Assembly (NCBI GenBank): GCA_001600815.1
Contig: BCKZ01000004.1
Coordinates: 496,001 to 560,000 of the forward strand
DNA: 64,000 bases
Direction of reading: 5' to 3'
From: Alloascoidea hylecoeti
Taxonomy: Eukaryota
Positions within the stretch are counted from its first letter, which is position 1, and every line of letters starts with the position of its first letter. Under the pieces are notes generated by a model that was given only the letters and a program-made list of their open reading frames with translations, did not search any database and was not told the DNA's origin. A program made the position numbers and the translations under genes. Below, piece by piece: positions 49,501 to 62,498 of this stretch.

Positions 49501-51499
49501 TGTTTTCAAAAGGAAGTTTCTCGGTTATTCAGAAAGTGTAATGATAAACCGAAAGAGCAGACACTGGTGGAGCGAGTAATTATCGAGAAGAGTGATTTGA
49601 ACATGAAAAGAGGGTCTTGTAAGAAGGCAGATCCTGGGGACCATTACTAGAAAGAATATAGGATGAGATGAAAAAAATAATCAAGAGCCCAATGTGATGG
49701 AACTGTGGCAGAATCTGAAATCCTAATCCCAACCATTTGTAATTTTTATAAGAGACCATCACTCTGGATAACATGAAATGTATCTGGATATTTATTTTAC
49801 TAAATTTAAAGTTTAAGGGTACAATCATGATGCGGTCTAGTATTTTACGACAATGGAGTTTATTAAGCAGCTTCAACGATAATGACTTATATTCACACAA
49901 TTAAGATATTTATCGAAAGTTAATTATTTATGGATTATACATATATAATGTCACGGTTATATTTAAATGACCTTTAAGCTCCAATTTACAATACAAAATG
50001 TAATACAAAAGTAGATAAAGTAGATTATTAAATTTAGGAATGGTTTCCCGTGGTTCTGTGATGTTAAGATCGTTCTTAACAGAATGGGGATTCCTCTATA
50101 TAAATACTATTTAATCATTCATTTAGTATGCATATGTCTCTCGATTTCATCAATTGTGATTAGGTAAGTGTAAAACCTTAATAGGAACTGGGATCTACAC
50201 TGTGACATATGTTATAGAAGAAGTTATTCTGAGCTTTTGTAATTGTGTAATTAATATAAGTTAGGTAATACATACCTGATACAGTAATTCTGCATTGTTG
50301 CATATTAATATATTATGTACATATATATGTGCAGAGCCAAATATGGTATAGGTAACTACCTACCTATAGGCAACATTAGGCATATCGACGATTCGTACTT
50401 ACTATAACTAGTAAAAGTTACTACTCAGTAATGTTGGTTGGAACTGTGCACTTGGGCTTTAGTGCGAGAATTTTTGACATATAAGCGGTTTTATTATATA
50501 TGACATACCTCAATTATGTTGCTAGCGGAAAATTTATAAACCTAAAATGAATGTCTTTGATTACAATTGTGATACATGTGTTTTTAAATTTGGTTTTCAA
50601 CTTTTCATATAATAGGCTCTATTATCCGTTCTTAGAACGTTAACTTCTTACTAAGCTTTGTAATGAGCGAAATAATTAATAATAGAAAAATATATCTCAT
50701 ATATGATTGAGTCGTATGACTCGTATCCCTCATTCTCCGGAATAATTATGTATAAAGTATCCGAGACATTTTCTATTTTTTTTTAATCCGCGATTCATAA
50801 AATAATTAATCGTGTCATAATTATATAATTTTTAAGACAATTTAAAAATAATAATAACGACATTGTTGACTGATTTGATAACTGCGATATTATCATTGAA
50901 AACTACAACTGACTGATAATAAATCATTTAAATTAATCATGATTCATAATTGTGAATTTAAATATACTTATTCATAATTTCATATTGTATGTACCATTTA
51001 ATTTATAATTAAATACCATATAAGATCTTATAAGAATATAATAAAAGAATATTTAAAATTTGAAAAAAATAATTACATCTTCAATTCAAAAAAAAAAAAA
51101 AAGTATCAAATTGTAACCATAATATATATATAATATAATGTATAATTAAAGCAAAACAAATATAAAATACAAATAAATAAGAAGGTTTATAATTATTAAT
51201 TCTCCTCGATGGAATGGAAAGGAGTGATTCCAATATTTCTTTTTTAAAAATTGTAAGTCTTCTTTCTTTTTTTTTTTTATCTTCGCATCATTATTTTGTT
51301 ATAACCAAATCAAAACAAATGTAGCAATATATAAATAATGTATAAATCATCAAACTTATCAAAAATAGATAAAAGATGATAATACAATTAATGCAAACCA
51401 AAATTTTACAAACCAAATTTCAAAAATAAACGGAAACAAAAACAAAAACAAACACAAAAACAGAAACAAAATATGAATTAAAAAATATTATTTTTTGTT

Positions 51500-54163
51500 T
51501 TAATAACCTTCAATAATTCCACTCCATAATCTTCCAACATCGATTAATTCATCTACCAGATCTTCCTTTTTCTCATCATCAATCTCTTCAATTTCATAAT
51601 CATCATTTTTCAAGTCTCCAATATAAATCCTACACAACCCAGTAATTTCTTCAAATTTTAACCTAATTGAATCATCTATATCTGATGAAGCAAATTTTGA
51701 AGTAAAAATAGATAAGAGGTGATAGATTGAAGAGAATGTAAGTAAATTTAAAGATGATGTTTTAATATTTAAAATATCTGTAAAACAATTTAAGGAGTAG
51801 TTTAAATTTTGAGGTTGATGAATAGAGAAATATAATGAATATAAAATATGTAATGAAATTTTCAATTCAATTGTTAATTTAGAAATGTGCGGGAAATTTA
51901 TAGTTTGTTTTCGTCTTGAAATTGGTTCCACTAATTGTGGAACATCATCCTCATTATCCTGCTCCGAATCCAATTTAGAATCTGAATCCGAATCTGAGTC
52001 AGAATCAGAAGCAGAGTCAAAAACTTCAAGATCATCAGAATTTAATTCTTGATGTTCATTTTCAGTTATACCAAATGAATCAATTTCTGATTTTATCATT
52101 TCAATTGAACTTTTAATAACATTTAAATCATTACTAAAAATTGCCTTCAAAACTAAACATCTTCTCAAAGCAGTTGAATTCTTTGGAGATATTGAGATTA
52201 TATAATCAAATCCATCATTTAAACTTTCACTTTGATGCTTATTTTCCTGTTCTTGTTCATCTTCATCTTCAACTTTAGTATTATTATATCCTTGATAATT
52301 TTCAATAAAATCAATCATTTTAAATTTCAATAGATAACTTGAATATAATATTAATAAAACATCATGAATTGAATTAATAATCCCATCATTTAAAATAGAA
52401 TTATAACCATCGTTAGCTGTTTTTGAAAACTTTTGAAATGTAATATTATATAGTAATGATTGTATTTCAGGAATTATTAATGGTGATTCCTCATCATTTG
52501 ATAATAATAAAGATAATAAATGTTTTGATAAAATTTCATCATTCATTTTAGAAGGATATTTAATATGAATTGTTAAAACTTTCGCTGAGTTCCAAAAATA
52601 AGTTGATAATTTATTAAAACCCCATTCAAAAGCTAACCAATTTTTTAAACTTTTTGATAAAATTGATGATATTATTGATCTTGTTATTAAATTTTTAATA
52701 TCATTTGCAAGCATTAAATCATTTTTAATTTCTTCTTTATCATTATAAATATTTCCAAAAGAACATAATTTTATAAATGAATAAAATAATCTTAAGTTTG
52801 ATATTTTTAAATCCCCCCCACATAATTGAGAATCAATTAATTTCTCCCATTTAATAATTTCTTCATTTTCATTTGAATTATCATTTTTATTTACTTCCAT
52901 ATCATAATAATAACCAATCGTAAATTTATAAACAAATTGAAAAAAATTAATAAATATTAATGAAAATTGTTTCGAAAAAGATGATGGAATATCCAATTTA
53001 TTATTATAAATCATCCAAATTTGTTTAGATCTTTCAAAAAGATCTAATTCTGAATCAATTTCTGGAGCCAAATTCTCAGTTCTATTTTTCCCAAATGTAT
53101 TATTATCTTTAAAATCATTTGAAGACATAAGATAAGGTATTATTATATAACCCAAAATGCCTAATATTAAACTAACTTTAAAGCTTATCATCAAAGAATT
53201 ATTTAATGATATAAAAGGCATAAAAGGTATGGATAAACCTCTTGTTGTATCAAAATCAGACATTAAATTAGTACCCATTATACCAGCCATAGAACCCAAT
53301 ATAATTTTATTACCTATATTAGATTGTTGCGCAGTTGACATGGATTGCGGTTGTGGTTGTGGTTGTGTCTGTGGCTGTGTGTCATATGTGGGATATTGCA
53401 TATAAGATACATCATTGGGTAACGACATTGGAGATAATTCTGCATCGTATTCGTAAAAAGGTCGATCATAATTTAAATTTTCGGGTTGAATGTTAACATT
53501 TTGAAATGGAACATTTTCCATTGGAATTGAAACTGGTAAATCATTATAATTATAAAAAGATGGTTGTGGTTGTGGTTGTGGTTGTAATGGTAATTGTGGC
53601 TCTGATGTTGTTCGATTTTGAGATTGTAAAGCCATTTTCCTTAATTCATTATTTTCTCTAATTAACATTTCATTCCTTCGTTGTAAATGTTCAATATATT
53701 CTTGTGCTTTGGTTAAAACCGTTGCTTTATTTAGCTTATTAGCAGGTGTTAAGCCGTCTAAGTCAACATTAGAAGTAATTGAACCAGGACCTTTAATTAA
53801 ACATTTTAAACTGGGTACACAATCTCTTAAAGCTAAAATTTTTTCATTTATATTTGTACGGTATTTTTTTTCAATTTGATTATGAGAAGCTTTTTCCTTT
53901 TTTTGTTTTTTGGAGATCCGACCTGTTTTAGCAGGGTGTAATATTTGAGGAGTGGAATTTGTTGAATTGGATGGAGATGGAGATAAAGAATTAGAAAAAT
54001 TTGAAAGTGGAGGGGATGAATCTAAATCTGTTGGGGGAGTTATTGCTTCAATGTTTATATTTTCAATGCCAATTAAAGAATTGTTTTTGTTTTGAATTTC
54101 TTCAGACGGCCATGGAAAAGTTGATAAAAAATAATCACAATCCTTATAATTGGAATATTCCAT
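51500..54163 (-). CDS. Membrane-anchored SREBP-family bHLH transcription factor (Sre1/Cph2-like)
   Basis: SHNQIEKKYRTNIN with the SREBP-diagnostic Tyr, KLNKATVLTKA.EYI, hydrophobic segments, W..LIDSQL.GGD..IS..RL motif. Confidence 0.85.
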   Translation of the reverse strand: MEYSNYKDCDYFLSTFPWPSEEIQNKNNSLIGIENINIEAITPPTDLDSSPPLSNFSNSLSPSPSNSTNSTPQILHPAKTGRISKKQKKEKASHNQIEKKYRTNINEKILALRDCVPSLKCLIKGPGSITSNVDLDGLTPANKLNKATVLTKAQEYIEHLQRRNEMLIRENNELRKMALQSQNRTTSEPQLPLQPQPQPQPSFYNYNDLPVSIPMENVPFQNVNIQPENLNYDRPFYEYDAELSPMSLPNDVSYMQYPTYDTQPQTQPQPQPQSMSTAQQSNIGNKIILGSMAGIMGTNLMSDFDTTRGLSIPFMPFISLNNSLMISFKVSLILGILGYIIIPYLMSSNDFKDNNTFGKNRTENLAPEIDSELDLFERSKQIWMIYNNKLDIPSSFSKQFSLIFINFFQFVYKFTIGYYYDMEVNKNDNSNENEEIIKWEKLIDSQLCGGDLKISNLRLFYSFIKLCSFGNIYNDKEEIKNDLMLANDIKNLITRSIISSILSKSLKNWLAFEWGFNKLSTYFWNSAKVLTIHIKYPSKMNDEILSKHLLSLLLSNDEESPLIIPEIQSLLYNITFQKFSKTANDGYNSILNDGIINSIHDVLLILYSSYLLKFKMIDFIENYQGYNNTKVEDEDEQEQENKHQSESLNDGFDYIISISPKNSTALRRCLVLKAIFSNDLNVIKSSIEMIKSEIDSFGITENEHQELNSDDLEVFDSASDSDSDSDSDSKLDSEQDNEDDVPQLVEPISRRKQTINFPHISKLTIELKISLHILYSLYFSIHQPQNLNYSLNCFTDILNIKTSSLNLLTFSSIYHLLSIFTSKFASSDIDDSIRLKFEEITGLCRIYIGDLKNDDYEIEEIDDEKKEDLVDELIDVGRLWSGIIEGY

Positions 54164-55163
54164 TTTTCAGGTTTTTCTATTTTTCAGAATTTTCAGGTTT
54201 ATTTTTGGATTTGTTTCAGGAGAAAAGAAGAAAAGAATAACATTTTATATTATTTATTCTGGTAGGATCTGAAGGCAGGGTAACGTTTCGGAATTCCAGC
54301 CAATCATAGCAAAAACACGCCTTACGGATACATAAAGCCGGCCGGACGCAAGCCGTTTTAATAATTATAATTTCTATTTGGTTTTATTTCTCGAAATTAT
54401 CACGAATTTATGGTATTCTCAGGAATTAAATATAAGCATATTATCACACAAACTGATAATAATTTGATAAGACTGTGAATCAAATCGTCTCATCAAAACC
54501 TTATATTTTTATCATCATCACTTTAAGTTCCCATTATTATGTTCAAGTTACCATTTGCATTATAATTGTTATTCAATATAAGTAAATCTACCACAATATC
54601 TTGGCAAAATTGATTTGGTTGTCAATTCATTTACACTTCTATTGTTTAAGAATCCTTTGGTCACAACAACTTATCTAGGTACATCACTAACATCGACTAA
54701 GGTAATGGTTTCATAGTTTAAATATAATTAGTAATCTAAAAAATAGCTGATTATAATCTGTGGCACAAAAGATAAATAATATTCTTGAAAATCAATCCTA
54801 TGGTTATATTATCCAAATTAGGAAGACCATTTTATTTCAAGGAGAATCTCTTCAGTTATATTTTTAATAAAGAAGCAATCAAACAAATGGGCAGCACCCA
54901 TGAGTAGTATATAATCCGATTGGGTTCAACAACATCAAACTTTAATCAATATTAAAGCATATAAGTAAATCCAGAAGTTTCATTATATTATGCATGGGTA
55001 TTTGAGTTGTAAATAGAAAGTTTCTTATACAAGAAATGATTTGGGAATTTAAAAATTAATTTATATTTCTAAAGGCTCGCATTTGTTGTAACACTTTGAA
55101 TGCAATTAACTAAAGTGAATTAAACAGTACTGGAGAATAAATACCATCGCATATGTACTGTTA

Positions 55164-56450
55164 CAGCCGGTTCAAGCCTAACTTTGCGCATCTTTTTCAG
55201 ACACTCCAAACAAAAATGGCAATATTATACCCAGCCACTCAACACTCTACGAGGCCTTAAACTTTTCAAAAAATATTGCATCATATTCCTTGAATTCTAT
55301 TAGCGTGTATATAAAATGAAGTTTTATTAGACAGTGTTAGCGCCCTTAACGCTATAAACGGCTGCCACCCCACGGACCATCTAGCTAGATTATCAATGAT
55401 ATCTTAATCCTGATTCCACATTTTGAAAGAGACATAAAATTAGGTCTTTCTTCATCTCTGCATCATTCATATTAAAGGCTTATAATCCTAATTTCTGCCT
55501 TGTGATGAGTATTTTTGAGGATATTCCAAATGCGCTCAAGAGGAATCAGCTCTTGTGAAAAGGGCGGCCACTCCGATACCTCTCTCTGTTTGTCATGAAA
55601 TCAGTTCATCTCAATTTTAGATTTATTGATAGGTGCGTTATCCTACTTGAATATGAGACCTTCACAAATGTCATCGAATGTCTTTTCTAGAAGTTTAGTA
55701 GGAACGTACAGTGTCTCCTTTTTTCTGTTATTAGGAATAGATCACCAACCACTCGGCACAGTGAAGCGAGGCATCCTTTCCAATTTTCAGTCCATAGTAG
55801 ACTCCATACTATATGTCTCACAGACCTAGAATTCTTTATATTTTTAATTTTCTCTTTTATAAAGGCCTAGTCTGATAACTCTTGTCGAGCGTATACTTTA
55901 CTAGATTCGGATCCTGTGACGACCGACATACCATGCAAAACTTCCTGAGATCACTTCAATCTATTTTCAGATCATACCAGTCTGTTCAATCTATTCTTAC
56001 TACAATTGCAAGCTATATCATTCACATGGCGAAAATATTCCATATTCATTCTTTTACAGAAGGATTCTTAAGTGGTTGTCAATATTCCAATGTTAAACTT
56101 TGAAGCCAGCTCCTCAAACATATTCAAGGAGGAAGCTTATAAAATTCTAAGAGTTTGATTGCCTTTTCAGTATGGAGGTTTTCTTTTTCTATGAGGTGCT
56201 ACACTAAAAATGTTGCGCATTTCTTTATAGTGAAGCGTATAGTTAAAGTTGAAGAACTAATATTTAGCTAGCCTTCTGTCAATTTCAGCAATTGAGAAGC
56301 CACGCTTACTCAGATTACATATTGTAATCCGCTTAGCTGGTTAAAAATGCTTTTAGAATTATAATTACCTGAAATCTCGCTTAGAGGAATTCTAGAAGTC
56401 ATTCTAGCTATATTATATTTAAAAAATGGAATGTCTTAGAAAGTGCTGCA
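55164..56450 (-). mobile_element. Decayed Tc1/Impala-like DD34E DNA transposon; transposase pseudogene about 56402-55327
   Basis: MTSRIPLSEISGN, HTH ICNLSKRGFSIAEI, *SD (55952), IFK*DNAP (55642), WPPFSQELIPLE (55537) with 34 residues between D and E, C-terminal AVYSVKGANT. Imperfect inverted repeats at 55185-55208 and 56427-56450. Confidence 0.85.
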
Positions 56451-57289
56451 CTCATATTTTATAATAATAAATAATAATACTATACCACTAAATAGTTGTT
56501 TTAATTCTTTTTCTTCTTTTTTACTTTTTTCTTGTAGTTTATCTTTGATTCCATTTCCTATTCCCAATAATTGAATAAAATCTTCATTCTTATCAAAATT
56601 TAAGTCAACTAAATTAATTGATTTGTTTTTATGTCATAGAAGTTGTAATTACTAACATAACTAATACTGATACCATCTTGTATTGGAATTTACATTTTTA
56701 TAAATTAAAAATGAGACTATAAATCTAATTGTTTAATAAAGCTTACATAGGTAATTCAATATAGTTGGATTCATATTAATATCAAATTTTCCAATCATTT
56801 AGTGGGGGATCCGGATTAAAAAAATCTTCTTGAAATTTCTAAGCACGAATAGCTAAAGGAATAATGTTAGATTAATTTTAATCACATTATATTTTTTAAA
56901 TTAAATTATGATAATTATAAGATTTTGTAAAGAAATTCTTAAATAGAAGATATAAGTAAAGCAATATCAGATATAGGGCTATGGTACAAGACAATTATTG
57001 ATATGAGCATAGCTAATTATAAATATCTTGTTATACAGAATATTAGAAGTACATTTGTAACTAGCTCTCTTTGATAATACAAACATGAACAATGGTTCAC
57101 CAACCCTCTCTTGTTATGTTGTATAGCTATCTAGTTATTTCTACTATATAAGAAGTTGTATTCACTTTTTTATAAGAACAAGATTAATTTAGACTAGATT
57201 CGGAATTTTATCAACATTATAACATATCTTTGATTACTGTTAATAGCTATTGTAACTAATAGCAATATTGACTTGATTGCAATATCATT

Positions 57290-58764
57290 CTCATATTTAG
57301 ACAAGCTTGGATCAGGTTACTCCCATTTAAGACCCCTCCCAAAATAATGATTATCATTTATCTTCAAAACATGCCTACGGGAAAATGAATCATCGTCTAG
57401 AGGAATAGATCCTTCAATTGGTCTATCTTCTTCCATTGGTCGAGAAGCTGTATTAACATCGATTCCATTTAAAGTTTTATGTTCAACTAGGAGACGTGGT
57501 GGGGCTTAATTATTCATTTGGTTCTGTTGTTGTCTCCGCTGCCAGTATCAGAGAAGTTATAATTAAATATAATATTAGCAATGGAAAGATTGAATCTGAA
57601 ACAATTATGAAGAAAAATACAAGTCTTGGTATAGGAAATGGATGTAAAGAAAATTTATTCCATTTGTTTTTTAATAAAAGAAATTTATCAAAAGTTTTCT
57701 GAGTCTTTCTAACTGGTGCATAGTTAAACGAGTTTGAGGTATAGTCGAAAACTAGGTAGTACCAATGAACAAGATATAGTCCAAGAATAATCTCATTTGA
57801 TCCAACATCTTCAAACTCGGATATGTTTCATTATAATAAGGATGAACGTAAAAACCTTTAGAAGAATATCAATATTTCGAAAATTCACTACGCATATCGG
57901 CGGCATCTGGCACTAAGAAACTTAAATAACCTTCCAATGATTTAGCTGATCCGCAATCTATAACATATTTACCATTTTGATCTGGCTCACTAAAGTTGTA
58001 GAGAGGAAGTAAGCTAAACAATATACTATTTGGGAAATGGAAATAATTCATATCTCTGAAACTCGCTTTTGTTTAAATTGTGTATTTGATTTGTAGAGAT
58101 TTTGAAATATGAGAACTTAACCATACCGTAACTGGAAGAAATAGTGAATGACTTTTAGAATTGTCTTGTAGGATATAAATAGAATTGAATTCCTGTATTT
58201 CTCTTTTTTTTAATAGACTTGAGTAGATACTTCCAAAAGTAACAGTTCCAGTGAAATATTCTTTACCCATATTGAAACACTGTTTATTGAAGATAATCTT
58301 TTTCTAAACAAATTTTCTGAAAATGCCATTCCTCTTTCCGTGTCATTTGAAGGCTTTGCAATAGATATAATAGATTTTGAAACATTCCCTAATGATTTCA
58401 ACCTGAAATAATTTAACCAGTTTAGTCCCCCAATTGATATATTATCTGAAGTTTTGTGATAAATTCCACTTTCATTATATATATTATCTATTGTTATATT
58501 TTGAACTTCATTTAAGAATTCCGTACTTGTATTTGATTCATTTGGATTGTATGTAGAACAGTACATATCATTTTCATCTTCACAGGTTGAAGAATTCCCA
58601 AGAATATAACCAGAGAGAGTGGTTGAAAAGTTAACGAAGTATATAATGTTTGATTTGGTTCCAATATTTATAGGAAATAAAATTGGATCCGCCTTTCTGT
58701 GTGATAACCCAAAACTAAAAGTACCATTCAGAATAAAAATTAGTATGGGAAAGAAGTTGTAATT
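57290..58764 (-). pseudogene. Pepsin/yapsin-like aspartic protease-fold pseudogene with a C-terminal hydrophobic segment
   Basis: Signal-like start, INIGT, C..C.TYNPNES, GTVTFGSI, YVIDC, IILG..YYLVFDY..NYAP. No ATG, in-frame TAA at 58073, at least two frameshifts. Confidence 0.65.
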
Positions 58765-60063
58765 TTATATTCCTGATAATGATCAAATATATTTTTATAT
58801 ATTCTTAAGTTTTCTTAAAATGGCGGTTGCAGCTGCAGCTCGAGATAGCAAATTTAAAGGTTAAGAGATTAAAGTTTTAATATCATGAGAAGTTTAAAAA
58901 TACTTTCATTGTCAGTCAGAAGATAACTGAACCAAATAAAATGGTGCAAGACTATCTAGAATTAAAAAATGAAGATAGGAAGAAATCGCGGGGAAATATT
59001 AACCCTTAAATCGTCGTAAGCACCAATATCAATGAAAACTGAACCTAGTGCAATGATACACATATAAAACATGTATATATCCTTATAGGTATTAGGTAAA
59101 AACATTACGATTAAATCAAAGAGGTAGTTTGAGTATGTTTTAACTAAAGTAGTCAATTCTTTTCAGTTAGCTATGGCATTACAAGTGGTCGTGTTTGTAC
59201 CCTCATTTTTGATATTCAAATGAATTTGTTCCACCTCTCTTAAGCGCTTCACGATATTACCAGAAATCTCAATTATTGGATTGGCAATGATCAGACATAG
59301 AGCTTCACGCTCTCCGGATTCAGATTGCATATCAATGACAACATTTATAACTTCAACCGCGGTTAACTCTGTCATATTTTCCATACACAGTTTGAAAGAA
59401 ACCCCATGGTGTCAACTGTTAAGCTTAGGGCATTCATCTATATGATTTGTTGGTATGTGCACTTCTGAGTAGTCAACAAGAGATTATATGATTCTCGGTT
59501 GAGTTGGGATTTGATATAATTTATTTGAATCTAAGGAGTACTGAATTCTTTTTTATGTGACTAATGGGTTGATATTTTACTACCAGTAGACAATACTCAT
59601 TCATCTTTTACATTCTACAATAAACTACACAACCTAACTAAATTAAACAAAATAAAAATACAATGGGACATTAAAGCAATCCTAAATTATCTTCCGGCCG
59701 CAATACTCCCGAAAATCACCATGGTATATATTATAAAGATTTAACTTAGACCCATTGAATATTCAATTTCTGTCAGATGCTAGCCGTTACACCAAAAAGC
59801 TAATTAACTAATTGTAAACTCTTGAAGTGTGCCATATAATATCCAACAATTTCTTCAATACATTATTCTCCCAAATGGAAGCATCATCATTTTCCTATTT
59901 AGCAATATCAACCTCTTTAATCACCTCAATTCCTCAATTTAACTTTTCATTACTTTTCCAATAATTTAACATCAACAACATCAATCGAATGAGTAACATT
60001 TTTTTAGTAATAGGATGCAAAATAATATCTGTAAAATAGGAGTATAAAAAATCCAAAAAAGAA

Positions 60064-60146
60064 AGCCCTACGGGGGGCTCGAACCCCCAACCTTGTGATA
60101 ACATCTTTTTAAGAGTCACACGCTCTACCGATTGAGCTAGCAAGGC
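60064..60146 (-). tRNA. tRNA-Lys(CUU) with a 10-nt intron (60109-60100)
   Basis: GCCTTGC/GTAGGGC acceptor stem, D arm, TGTGA-CT-CTT-A[AAAAGATGTT]A-TCACA anticodon arm, GGTTCGAGCC T loop, downstream T-tract terminator. Confidence 0.95.
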
Positions 60147-60423
60147 AGCTGTTTTTATTTCGGCTTAAATCTGTTGAACATGTTAAGAAATATAAAAGAT
60201 CCTAGACTCAAAACGTAGCACGCCGTGAATAAATTTTACTTCCACATTTTGTGAAGAGTCGAAAGTTTTTAAATGCTTGAAATGGAATGTAAAAGTTTGT
60301 ATAAAGTCGAGGTGTGTGGGTGTTGGTTGTACTCCGGGTAAACGCGAGTGTTAAGAAAAATGCAACTTTTCTTCCTTCTTCCTCGGTAACCACCACTTTC
60401 ATATACAAAACCATCTTCAAATC

Positions 60424-61223
<800 letters not shown>

Positions 61224-61524
61224 TAAAGATATAGTTTTTGTTTATCAGATCTAAGAAATTGATAAAAAGCAATAATTAATATAAAGTCGATAAATTTTTT
61301 GTAGAAAGGAAAAGATAGTATAATTAAAGTAATAAAATGAAGTAAAATTAACGATTCAATATTTGTTTTTTGTTTTCTTTTCTTTATTAGTTTCATTTTA
61401 TCTTTTTTTGCAATTGCGTACTTTTTTATTTCTTGTAAAGGAAGTAAGAAGTACTTTTATAATTATATAGAAATGCATATCGTTTAAGATTATAACTTTC
61501 ATTACATTTTACTAGTTTCAATAC

Positions 61525-61585
61525 ATTTTATTAGATATTTTTATTAGATATTTTTATTAGATTTTATTAGATTTTATTAGATTTT
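61525..61585. repeat. AT-rich tandem repeat of ATTTTATTAG-like units (5 copies, 10-13 bp)
   Basis: Read directly from the sequence between UBC4 and SPT7. Confidence 0.8.
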
Positions 61586-61709
61586 CTTCATTTTTTCACA
61601 TTTTACAGTAGTATTAATGATTCATAAATATGGGTGGTAGGGGTTGACCCACCTCTCATCCTATCATTAACTCCAAACCCATCTTTCATTTTATCCAAAT
61701 GTGTTCAAA

Positions 61710-62465
61710 ATGCCTACTTCCCATAAATTAATCAAAACATGGTCCCATTGTGATTATAAGAATTTATATTATCTAGCAAGGTATATTGAAGATAATGAAT
61801 TATGGAGGGCGTATTTACTTTTAGTTGAACATGAATGTTTTAAGAAAGTTTTAGATATCGTTGCTGATGATTTATCAAAAAGAAAAGCAAATAATGAAAT
61901 TCATAATAATCTTGATGGTTTAGAAGCTTGGATAAAATTTTTAGATGGTGATTTTATAGTTAATGTTGAAAAACCAGAAGAAGAGGTTGTTGATATTTCT
62001 GAAAATGATAAAGCAATTAATAACAATAATAATGAACATACTACAACACCAAATAAACCAATTCCTGGAATTACAATAACAACTACAAATAATGCAAATT
62101 TAAATATTAATTCACCAACTCCTTCAAGAACTCCATCACAAACCCCAATCCCAACATCATCATCATTAAAAAATTCACAAATTGAAAATGATTTAACACG
62201 TCCTCAAACATCATCATTAACAATTAAAATATCACAAACTTATTCTTTAGATTCAATGATTGTTGCTTCGCGTATCAGATATATGCTTTATGAAAGATCA
62301 ATTGATTTACTTTTTCCAAAAAATAATAATAAAAATTCTTCATTATTAATTGAAAATAATGAAAAAATTACTTTTAATTTTGAAAAAAAATTAAAAAATG
62401 ATGAAAAGACTAGTTTTTTAACAAATAAAAATCCTGATGAAATTGATTATTATAATCTATTAGAA

Positions 62466-62498
<33 letters not shown>

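Noticed and set aside
54740..54960. YNLWHKR resembling a copia pre-integrase motif
   Set aside because: A single short motif with no following GH/CxxC or integrase core
55352..55372. TAAACGGCTGCCACCCC resembling a pogo terminal repeat
   Set aside because: It is the reverse complement of the Tc1 transposase C-terminal coding sequence (GVAAVY)
56465..56700. Coding-like minus-strand stretch (INLVDLNFDK..KDKLQEKSKKREEKELK) and a TGGTATCAG PBS-like word
   Set aside because: Unassignable, with no start codon and no adjacent LTR ends
55327..59600. RIP-like C-to-T origin of the many stop codons
   Set aside because: Lesions include transversions and indels; ordinary AT-biased decay is sufficient, and no reference copy is available for comparison
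59934..60143. 69-aa ORF
   Set aside because: It is a translation across the tRNA-Lys gene
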